Of a stretch of 64,000 nucleotides of DNA, positions 53,977-64,000 are shown one piece after another. The notes beneath the pieces are model-generated. The model was not told the DNA's origin, did not search any database, and saw only the letters and a list, made by a program, of their open reading frames with translations. Made by a program: the position numbers and the translations under genes. This stretch comes from an uncultured delta proteobacterium (GTDB lineage Bacteria; Myxococcota_A; Polyangia; Polyangiales; Polyangiaceae). Numbering within the stretch: position 1 is the first letter of the stretch; the number at the start of each line of letters is the position of its first letter. The stretch is from positions 288,001-352,000 of the forward strand of contig CAVQUB010000002.1 in assembly GCA_963716725.1 (NCBI GenBank). The letters run 5' to 3'.

Positions 53977-54731
53977 CTGCTTCCTCCTCGCGTGCTGCCA
54001 CCCGTGGCGCTGCTGCCGCCGCCAACGCCCGTGGCGCCACCACCGACACCACCGAGCGCGTCGCCAATGGCGCCGAGCCCCGCCGCCGCATTGGGATCGA
54101 GGCCGCCCATCTGCGGATTGGTGATGTACTGCGTGACCGCAAGGTCTCGCTCGTTCGAGCCTTCTTTCCAGTGAACGGTGAGCGTGGTCTTGCGGATGCT
54201 GGCCTCGAGCATGGGCTTCAGATCGGGATAGACCATGCTCATCACCAGCGGGGCCATGCCCTGCACCCCGCCCGCCGCCGCGCCCGACGAGAGCAAGCTC
54301 GACAGACCGCCGATGCCGCCGTCCGCGCCGAGCACCCCCGAGCCGCCCGATTGCAGCGCGGCCAGGCCGCCGAAGGCGCCGAGGCCCCCGGGATCGTCGG
54401 TGCCGCCGTCCTCGGGGCTGTTCAGATCCTTCGGCGCCGGCAGCTCGACGACCTCGATCTTCCACGAGCAGCGAAAGCGGCTCTCGCTGTCGTCCTCGCA
54501 GCACGGGCCTTCGTCACTCTGATCGAGCAGCGAGAAGCCCTTCCGCTGGAGCTCGACCTCGACCTCTTCCATCTTGCAGCGCGCGAGGCCGGTCGCAATG
54601 CTCAAATTCTGTGCGCGTTGGGAGCTCGTGAACAAACCGGCCTGCGAGCTCAGGAGCACGGTCATGCCGAGCCCGAGGATGGCGATGGCCACCAGGACCT
54701 CGAGCAGGGTGAAGCCCCGACCCGCCCTCAT
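53973..54731 (-). CDS. gspI: T2SS minor pseudopilin I
   Basis: RG|FTLLEVLVA; Gly-rich insert. Confidence 0.82.
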   Translation of the reverse strand: MRAGRGFTLLEVLVAIAILGLGMTVLLSSQAGLFTSSQRAQNLSIATGLARCKMEEVEVELQRKGFSLLDQSDEGPCCEDDSESRFRCSWKIEVVELPAPKDLNSPEDGGTDDPGGLGAFGGLAALQSGGSGVLGADGGIGGLSSLLSSGAAAGGVQGMAPLVMSMVYPDLKPMLEASIRKTTLTVHWKEGSNERDLAVTQYITNPQMGGLDPNAAAGLGAIGDALGGVGGGATGVGGGSSATGGSTRGGSR

Positions 54732-55507
54732 GGTTCTTCCTCGAGTTGCCCGAACTCGTCGTCGTTGCGCGAGCCCTCGATGGCCACGGCGCCGCGCTCG
54801 ATCTTGGCGCGCCCCGTGAGCGGGCTCACCACCACGCTGAGACCCTCCTTGTCGCCTTCCCGGACCACCTGAACCACGGCCCGCTCGGTGCCACCACCGG
54901 GCCAGAAGTAGAGGTAGGCGCGCCCGCTGGTCCGCGGGTCTTCGTCGTGATCGGTCTGGACCTGCTTGAACTTGACGCCCGCGCCCAGCGCGCGACCCTG
55001 CGCGGGGTCGTCACCGTCGAAGCCGAACTGCTTCACCGGCGCAAACTCGGGGCGCGGCGCCCGCGGTCCTTCGAGGATGCGCTCGGCCTCGGCCTTGGCC
55101 TCCTTCTCGACATCGGTGGCAGCTTCGGCGCCGCCGCCGGTGTTCTTCGCCTCTTTTTGGCGCAGCATCACGCCGCTGGTCTCTTCGAGCAGCACCCGGT
55201 GGTTGTCGATGTCGAAGGCCAAGCGCACCGGGCGGCCGGTGGTGTTCGCGCGAGTGATGCCCATGCGCACCGCGCTGGCGATCAGCGTCGCCGCTGCGCG
55301 CTGCCGGCTGGACGTCAGCATGCCGGAGCCGAAGATCACGCCGCCCGACATGATCGCGATCAGCGAGATGACGATCAGCGTCTCGACCAGAGTAAGACCA
55401 CGCCGACCCGACTTCATCGAGCGCCCGACGGAGTCCTTCGCCGGGGCCACGGCCCCGATCCTGCAACGCTGGTCGCAGGTTGGCTGCGTTCGCCGGCGAA
55501 GGTCCAT
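54728..55507 (-). CDS. gspH: T2SS minor pseudopilin H (start uncertain; alternative ATG at 55417)
   Basis: RG|LTLVETLIV; FWPGG. Confidence 0.78.
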   Translation of the reverse strand: MDLRRRTQPTCDQRCRIGAVAPAKDSVGRSMKSGRRGLTLVETLIVISLIAIMSGGVIFGSGMLTSSRQRAAATLIASAVRMGITRANTTGRPVRLAFDIDNHRVLLEETSGVMLRQKEAKNTGGGAEAATDVEKEAKAEAERILEGPRAPRPEFAPVKQFGFDGDDPAQGRALGAGVKFKQVQTDHDEDPRTSGRAYLYFWPGGGTERAVVQVVREGDKEGLSVVVSPLTGRAKIERGAVAIEGSRNDDEFGQLEEEP

Positions 55508-55517
55508 CAGCAAAGCT

Positions 55518-55952
55518 TCACTCTCCGCCGCCCTCGGTGGCTGCGGTGCCCTTGGGCACCCTGACGTCGTCCTTGGTGCCCTTCTTCTTGTCCGGACCGA
55601 TCGAGGCCACGGTCACGTCCCCGTCGTTGCAGGTGATCGCGTAGGGCTGCCCCCACGGGTCGTTGGTATTGGCCGCTGGATCGAGCTGTTTGTCCTGAAC
55701 GAGCTGGCTGATGGTCGGGCAGTTGGTCTCGTTGTTCGAGGCCTGCCAGCTCTGGGTGGCCTGACGGATCACCCGGGCGCCGGTCTCAGCGCTGGTGATC
55801 TGCGATTCCCGGAAGCGAGGGAGGGCGTAGAACGCCACACCGCCGGCCACCATGGCGATGATCGCCACGACGATCAGCACCTCGAGCAGCGTCACGCCAC
55901 GCACCACGCGTCGGCTTCGGAGTAGCGCCAGGACCTGCTTGTCGTTCATCAT
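55518..55952 (-). CDS. gspG: T2SS major pseudopilin G
   Basis: RG|VTLLEVLIV, DPWGQPY, SIGPD. Confidence 0.88.
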   Translation of the reverse strand: MMNDKQVLALLRSRRVVRGVTLLEVLIVVAIIAMVAGGVAFYALPRFRESQITSAETGARVIRQATQSWQASNNETNCPTISQLVQDKQLDPAANTNDPWGQPYAITCNDGDVTVASIGPDKKKGTKDDVRVPKGTAATEGGGE

Positions 55953-55965
55953 GCAATCTCCTCTG

Positions 55966-56379
55966 TCAATCGATGCGATCGAGCCCGCCGGGCTTGCCGT
56001 CCGGTCCGTCGCTCATCAGCTGGTAGTCCGACCCCTCTCGCTTGCCCGGGCACACGAGCCGGAGCGGCCGGCCCCAGGCGTCCTTCGGCGGCTCCTCCTT
56101 CGCCGAGAAGCGCACGATGGCGCCCAGATCCGGTGGGCATCCGCCATCGTGCTCCGCCATGTACGCATCCATGGCCCGGCGGGCGTCGAGCAGGGTGGCT
56201 CGCGTCTGGCGCACCCCAGAGCGGTCGCGTTCGCGCACGCCGATCCAGACCACGACCCCCATCACCAGCAGCACGAACAACACTGGTCGCACCCGGGCGA
56301 GCCCCAACCGACGCACCAATCCGCCCTTGCCCTCCCAAGGGAAAAAGATGCGCGGTTCTCGGGGTCGTCTGCGACGCAT
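55966..56379 (-). CDS. GspG-like protein without canonical prepilin cleavage motif
   Basis: TM helix, DAWGRP, SDGPDG (T2SSG-like), but no G|FTLxE. Confidence 0.75.
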   Translation of the reverse strand: MRRRRPREPRIFFPWEGKGGLVRRLGLARVRPVLFVLLVMGVVVWIGVRERDRSGVRQTRATLLDARRAMDAYMAEHDGGCPPDLGAIVRFSAKEEPPKDAWGRPLRLVCPGKREGSDYQLMSDGPDGKPGGLDRID

Positions 56380-56385
56380 GCTGCC

Positions 56386-57611
56386 TCATTGGACCAACTG
56401 GTTCATCTGCATCAGCGGCATCAAGATGGACATGGCAATGAACCCAACCACGGCGCCGAGCGCGAGGATCATCACGGGCTCCAGTAGACTGGTCAGAGCC
56501 GTGACCCGCGTCTCGACGTCGGACTCGTAAGCCCGGCTCACATTCTCGAGCATGGCCTCGAGCTGACCGGTGCGTTCCCCGACCGCGATCATGTGGATGA
56601 CCATTGGCGGGAATGCCCCGCTGCGCTTCAGCGGCTCGGCGATGCTCTCGCCCTCGCGGATCGAGCCGATGGCCTCGGTCACGACCCCCGCGAGCTTGGC
56701 GTTGCCCAGCACGTTGCGACCGATCTCCATGGCCTTGAGCAAGGGCACGCCGCTCGAGAGCAGAGTCGAGAGCGTGCGAGTGAACCGCGAGACCGCCACC
56801 AGCAGATTCAGCCGACCAAACACCGGCCAGCCAAGCTGCATCGTGTCCCAGCGCAAGCGGCCCTCCGGCGGGACCTCCAGCGCTGAAAGACCACCGTCGT
56901 AATGACCGCGAGCGTGATCAAGAGCCACCAGTAGTCGGCGAGCATGTCCGAGCTGAAGATGAGCAAGCGCGTGTTCCAAGGCAGCGTCTGCCCCAGGTTC
57001 TCGAAGATGCTCGTCACCTTTGGCACCACCGCCACCATCAAGAAACCGACCAACAAGCCGCCGATCAGCATCATCAGCACCGGGTAGGCCAGCGCCGAGG
57101 CCACCTTGCCCTTGAGGCGCGCCTGGCCCTCCATGAAGTCGGCCAAGCGCTCGAGCACGGCCTCGAGGGTGCCCGACGCTTCGCCGGCAGCCACCATGTT
57201 CACGTAGAGCGGCTGGAACACCTTCGGGTGCATGCCCAGGCTCTTGGCGAAGCTCGTGCCTTCGTTGAGGGTCTCGCGCACCGCCGACAGCACGCGCACC
57301 AGCTGTTCTTTCTCGACCTGCTCAGTGAGCGCAGAGATCGAGTCCACCAGCGGGACACCGGCGCGCACCAGGGTCGCCAGCTGTCGGGTCATGACGGCGA
57401 TGTCCGCGGTGCTGATCCGCCGAAAGAACGCCCACAGATCGATCTCGCGCTTTGACTTCTTCTTCTGCTCGCCTTCTTCGTTGGCGAGCGTGAGCATGAC
57501 GCCTTCTTTTCGCAAGAGCGCCCGCAGCGCCTTGGCGTTGTCGGCATCGCGATAGCCCTTGACCGCCTTGCCGGTCTCGATCTGGATGCCTCGGTATTCG
57601 AAGACTGCCAC
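56386..57611 (-). CDS. gspF: T2SS inner membrane platform protein F; frameshift near 56870
   Basis: TRQLATLVRAG, AGEASG, LAYP then, in a shifted frame, RFTRTLSTLLSSG, GERTGQL, LLEP. Confidence 0.92.
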
Positions 57612-57618
57612 GTCGTCC

Positions 57619-59391
<1,773 letters not shown>

Positions 59392-59394
59392 GGC

Positions 59395-61926
59395 TCACTC
59401 CACGCGCTCGACGTTCACGCTGCGCGCGATGGGGTTGATGCGGATCGGCGAGTCGAGCCCGCCCCGCGGCGGGCTGATGGGCGGAGGCGTCGGATTGCCG
59501 CCGGGGTCGACCACTGGCGGCGTCGCCGGGCGCGGCTGACGCGGGCGCACGGGACGCGCAGGATTGACGGGCGGGGGCGCCGCAGGCGCAGCACCGCCCG
59601 CGCCGGGGCGGACCGAGTGCGGCAGATCGATGGGCTCGCTGCCCGTGTGCTCGAGCTTCCGGGGCCGAGTCTCGTCCTCCAGGCGCTGCTGCTCTTCCAC
59701 GGCAAAGTACGCCTGTCGGATCTCTTCGACCAGGCCGTTGGTCTTCGCGTAGTCGAGCGGCGGCTTCCAGTCCTGGCCACTGAAGACGAAGTAGCGGTCG
59801 ATGAACTCTTGCCGCTCCTGCATCTTGCGCTCGAAGATCTTGCGCAGGTCTTCTTGGCTGTGAATCACCGTGGGCGTGAGCACCAAGAGCAAATTCAGCT
59901 TCTCCTTGGTGACCTCCGAGTGGCGGAACAGGAAGCCAAGGACCGGCAGGTCACCCAGCACCGGGATCTTCTTCCGGCTCTTGCGCTCGGCTTCGCGCAT
60001 CAGGCCGCCGAGCACGATGGTCTGTTGGTCATCCACCTCGACCGTGGTCCGCGCCGTGCGCTTCGTGATCGGCACGACGCCCAGCGCGCCGACGGCGGAG
60101 CCTGCCTCGCTGATCTCCTCCTCGATTTCGAGACGCACCTGATTCGTCTCGTTCAAATGCGGCGTGACCTTGATCTTGATGCCAACGTCCTGTCGAGGTG
60201 CATTGAATCCGCCCGAGAGCATCGGCAAGTTCGCGAGAGCTCCCGCCGCTCCCGCCTGCCCGCCGGCGAGCGCAGCAAGGCTACCAAGACCGCCTCCGCC
60301 GCCCAGGTTGGTCTGGAGCGGAACGTTCTCGCCGACGCTGATCTCCGCCGCGGTGTTGTCGGTCGCCAAGATGTGGGGCGTGGCCAGCACGTTCGCGTCA
60401 CCGCTCGACGCCAACGCCTGGAGCACGACGCCGAAGGCTGGGATCGACAGTCCGGTCCCCAACAGGTTCGAGGTGCCGGCGAGCTCGGGGCCGCGGGCGC
60501 CCAGGGCCACGCCCTGCAAGAGGTCGGGGTTCGCCGGGAAGGTCAGTGAGTTCGAGGTCTCGAAGCCGCCGAGGAAGAGCGAGTCGCCGCCGCCCCCGAG
60601 ATCGGCCGCCGCGCCGCCGTGGAACGACACGCCCAGGTTGCTCGAGTGCTTCACCGAGACGTCCATGATCACGGCTTCGATGAAGACCTGGCGCCGGGCC
60701 CGATCGAGCTTGTTCACGACCAGGCGCATGGCGGAGAAATCGCGCCCCGACGAGGTCACCACCAGCGAATTCGTCGCCTTGTCCGCGATCACGCGCACCT
60801 CGCCCTCGAACATGCCCGCGGAGCCGCCCGGTTGACCCGGTTGGCGGCTCGCGCCTTGGAGCATCTGGGACAGCACGTTGGCCAGCTCCTCGGCCGTCGC
60901 GTGCTGGAGCGGCATCACGTGAACCTTGCCTTCGGCAGCGGGCTGCGTGTCGATGCGCTTCATCAGCTGGAGCAGCTTCTGGTAGCTGTCGTCGGTCCCC
61001 ACCACGATCAGCGAGTTGGTCGTGTCGTCGGCGACGACCTTGCTGAGGCCACCGCCACCGCCGGCGGCACCCTTGTCGAGCTCGAAGAGCTCGTTGATGC
61101 GCTTGGCCATGTCCGAGGCCGATCCGTAGTGAACGGGCTCGATCCACATGCGCGATCCGGCCCCACCAACGTCGATCTCCTCCAAGATGCGGATCATGCG
61201 GCGGATGTTGGTGCCCGTGTCCGTCATGATCAGCAGCTGACCGGGCCCGTACACCGAGATGTCGGCCTCCTTGCTCTTGAACTTGGACAGGAGCGCGTTG
61301 GCTTCGTCGGCCGGCACGTTCTTGAGGCGATACAAGCGCGTCACGTAGCGATCCGACGCCGGCACGGGCTCGCCCCGGGAGTAGACCGGGGTCGGTGCCG
61401 TGACCGAGCCGGCGCTGTCGATGATCTTGAGGAAACGTCCGTGGGGCACCACGGTCATGCCGTTCGCTTCCAGGATCGACAGGAACGCCTCGTAGGCCTC
61501 GGCGAGCGTCACGGCCTCTGGGGAGACCACGGTCGCCTTCACCTGGCGGACCTTCGGGCCGTAGATGAAGCGACGACCCGTCATGCCGCTGATGTGGTTC
61601 ACCAACTCGGCGAGATCCGCGTCTTGCAGGTTGAACTTCACCAGGTGCCCGCCCGGCTTGGGGCGATACGGGACGTCCGTCGCCTTGGCGATCTGCTCCA
61701 TGTTGGCCGGCAGCCCGCCCTTGGCGCCCGGCGGTTCCTTCTCGGCATTGCCCACCGGCGCCGCAGCCGGCTGACCCGGGGCCGGAATGGCCGGCGTGGC
61801 GCGGGGCGCGACCGGGGCGCCCGGCCTCCGCAGTGGCGGCGCTTGCTGAGCTTCAGCCCACGGGGTCGCGAACAGCGCCGAGAGCGCCCAGGCCCCGGCC
61901 ATCGATACTACCTTGCGCTTCATCAC
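59395..61926 (-). CDS. gspD: T2SS secretin D
   Basis: Signal peptide, N0/N3 domains, QVFIEAVI, VGIKIKVTP, KIPVLGDLPVLGFLFR. Confidence 0.95.
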   Translation of the reverse strand: MMKRKVVSMAGAWALSALFATPWAEAQQAPPLRRPGAPVAPRATPAIPAPGQPAAAPVGNAEKEPPGAKGGLPANMEQIAKATDVPYRPKPGGHLVKFNLQDADLAELVNHISGMTGRRFIYGPKVRQVKATVVSPEAVTLAEAYEAFLSILEANGMTVVPHGRFLKIIDSAGSVTAPTPVYSRGEPVPASDRYVTRLYRLKNVPADEANALLSKFKSKEADISVYGPGQLLIMTDTGTNIRRMIRILEEIDVGGAGSRMWIEPVHYGSASDMAKRINELFELDKGAAGGGGGLSKVVADDTTNSLIVVGTDDSYQKLLQLMKRIDTQPAAEGKVHVMPLQHATAEELANVLSQMLQGASRQPGQPGGSAGMFEGEVRVIADKATNSLVVTSSGRDFSAMRLVVNKLDRARRQVFIEAVIMDVSVKHSSNLGVSFHGGAAADLGGGGDSLFLGGFETSNSLTFPANPDLLQGVALGARGPELAGTSNLLGTGLSIPAFGVVLQALASSGDANVLATPHILATDNTAAEISVGENVPLQTNLGGGGGLGSLAALAGGQAGAAGALANLPMLSGGFNAPRQDVGIKIKVTPHLNETNQVRLEIEEEISEAGSAVGALGVVPITKRTARTTVEVDDQQTIVLGGLMREAERKSRKKIPVLGDLPVLGFLFRHSEVTKEKLNLLLVLTPTVIHSQEDLRKIFERKMQERQEFIDRYFVFSGQDWKPPLDYAKTNGLVEEIRQAYFAVEEQQRLEDETRPRKLEHTGSEPIDLPHSVRPGAGGAAPAAPPPVNPARPVRPRQPRPATPPVVDPGGNPTPPPISPPRGGLDSPIRINPIARSVNVERVE

Positions 61927-62900
61927 TTGATCCGAAAGTCGATGCTCATGGGTTTGCCGCGGCGATTGATCTTCACGTTCAGGTTGCTCGCGGTCCGAAG
62001 TCGGGCGTAGGCCTCGAGGGCTTTCTCGGGGCTGGCCATGTTGAAGCCGTTGATGGTCTCGAGCCGGTCACCAGTCTGGAAACCCAGCGTGCCGAGCAGC
62101 GTCTCGGGCCGGATCCCGAACAAGCGAATGCCGACGACCTTGCCGTTCTGTTGCTCTGGCACGATGCGAGCCGAGCGCATCAGCTCCGCCTGGTTCTCGA
62201 GGATTTTGTCGACGACCGAGCGGTCCACGTTGAACTCCGACTCGCTGACCTTCTGGATCTTGGAGGCGATGTCCGCCGGCACGCCCTTGGCTCCGCCTCT
62301 GGCCGGCGGCGCGTTGGGCGCCGGGGCGGCGACCGCCGGCTGGGGGGCTGGCTGCGCGGCGAAGAGCACGAGCTGACACACCGCTCCGCCGTTGCTGAGC
62401 CACACCGACGGGCTGTTCTCGCGGGGGTTGTAGCCGATGAACGAGACGTCGTGGGTGCCGACCTTGTCGCCCACGCGCCGAATGGTCGGGCGCGGCTCGC
62501 CGGGCCCTTGCAGCGCCGCGATGGACCAGGTCGGATCGTTCGACTCGGTGATGATGCTGACGCGAATGCCGTCACAGCGGCCAACCGCGAGCGGATCGCT
62601 GAGATCCGCTGCCGGCAAGGGCAACGAGCTGGTGTCGAGCTCCGTGGCGTTGAGCGGACCGGTCACCGAGTCGAAGGGGTTGCGCGAGAGGATGGGCTCG
62701 GCGCTGCGGGTCGCGACCGAGGTCTCGAAGGGGCGCGCGTTGGGCGCCGGCATCGGCGCCTGGGTCAAAGTCCGCTCGTCGGCGCCGAGCGAAGCCCCAA
62801 AGAGCTTCATGGCGCCGGACGCCTGGAAGTACGCCATGGCCGCCACCAGGGTCAGCACGACCACGGAGAAATACTTTTTGAGGAGGGCGTCGAATGCCAC
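61923..62900 (-). CDS. gspC: T2SS protein C with PDZ domain
   Basis: N-terminal TM, RNPF, C-terminal PDZ (GIRLFGI, GDRL..ING). Confidence 0.9.
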   Translation of the reverse strand: MAFDALLKKYFSVVVLTLVAAMAYFQASGAMKLFGASLGADERTLTQAPMPAPNARPFETSVATRSAEPILSRNPFDSVTGPLNATELDTSSLPLPAADLSDPLAVGRCDGIRVSIITESNDPTWSIAALQGPGEPRPTIRRVGDKVGTHDVSFIGYNPRENSPSVWLSNGGAVCQLVLFAAQPAPQPAVAAPAPNAPPARGGAKGVPADIASKIQKVSESEFNVDRSVVDKILENQAELMRSARIVPEQQNGKVVGIRLFGIRPETLLGTLGFQTGDRLETINGFNMASPEKALEAYARLRTASNLNVKINRRGKPMSIDFRIK

Positions 62901-62919
62901 GGCTGCCAGGACCGCTTAA

Positions 62920-62935
62920 AGCCAGAGGCGTGCCA
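62920..62935 (-). promoter_or_regulatory. Putative sigma54 -24/-12 promoter of the gsp operon
   Basis: Minus strand TGGCACGCCTCTGGCT: GG and GC at consensus spacing, about 20 nt upstream of the gspC GTG. Confidence 0.65.
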
Positions 62936-63040
62936 GGGTCAATGGATAAAGAAAGCTCGGGATTTCCTGGCGTTACGCAGCAACCAGGAGGGGTTTTTCT
63001 CGCCATCCTGGCAGGGCCAGGCCCTCACGCCTGCTCAGTG

Positions 63041-63053
63041 TGACAAGTTGTCA
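63041..63053. promoter_or_regulatory. Palindromic candidate enhancer-binding-protein site
   Basis: TGACAA-G-TTGTCA perfect AT-rich palindrome about 105 nt upstream of the -24 box. Confidence 0.55.
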
Positions 63054-63059
63054 TCGGCT

Positions 63060-64000
<941 letters not shown>

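Overview
GC-rich chromosomal segment, most likely from a Myxococcota (Polyangiales-like) bacterium. That assignment is inferred from an MglC-type roadblock gene, myxobacterial Cys-rich repeat and giant TPR proteins, and a deltaproteobacterial-style gspC-N operon. Contents, left to right: gyrA 3' end, nth and an enolase-superfamily enzyme; a variant anaerobic-type purine-catabolism cluster (two PLP enzymes, FAD-less Se-dependent-type xanthine dehydrogenase, SsnA-like, M20 carbamoylase, nitrilase-family amidase, and a convergent YgfK-like protein lacking its NAD(P)H/FAD module); mglC-aroQ-accB-accC-meaB; an aconitase homologue that has lost all three Fe-S cysteines; a P2C-like ATPase with a USP; methylmalonyl-CoA mutase with a second meaB; an internally deleted E2-like pseudogene; a second type IIA topoisomerase pair (A then B, no stop between them, one internal TAG); an EAD-like/pseudokinase/TPR giant protein; a Cys-rich repeat lipoprotein; a GGDEF protein; and a T2SS operon (gspC-N, no gspO seen) with a sigma54 promoter, a palindromic candidate enhancer and an adjacent sigma54 activator. 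About ten single-base frameshifts suggest an unpolished long-read consensus. Many operon-first genes have a TAnnnT box 6-9 nt before the start codon, a leaderless-mRNA signature. I recognised no rRNA, tRNA, CRISPR array or mobile element. All family assignments come from motif recognition by eye, not database searches.
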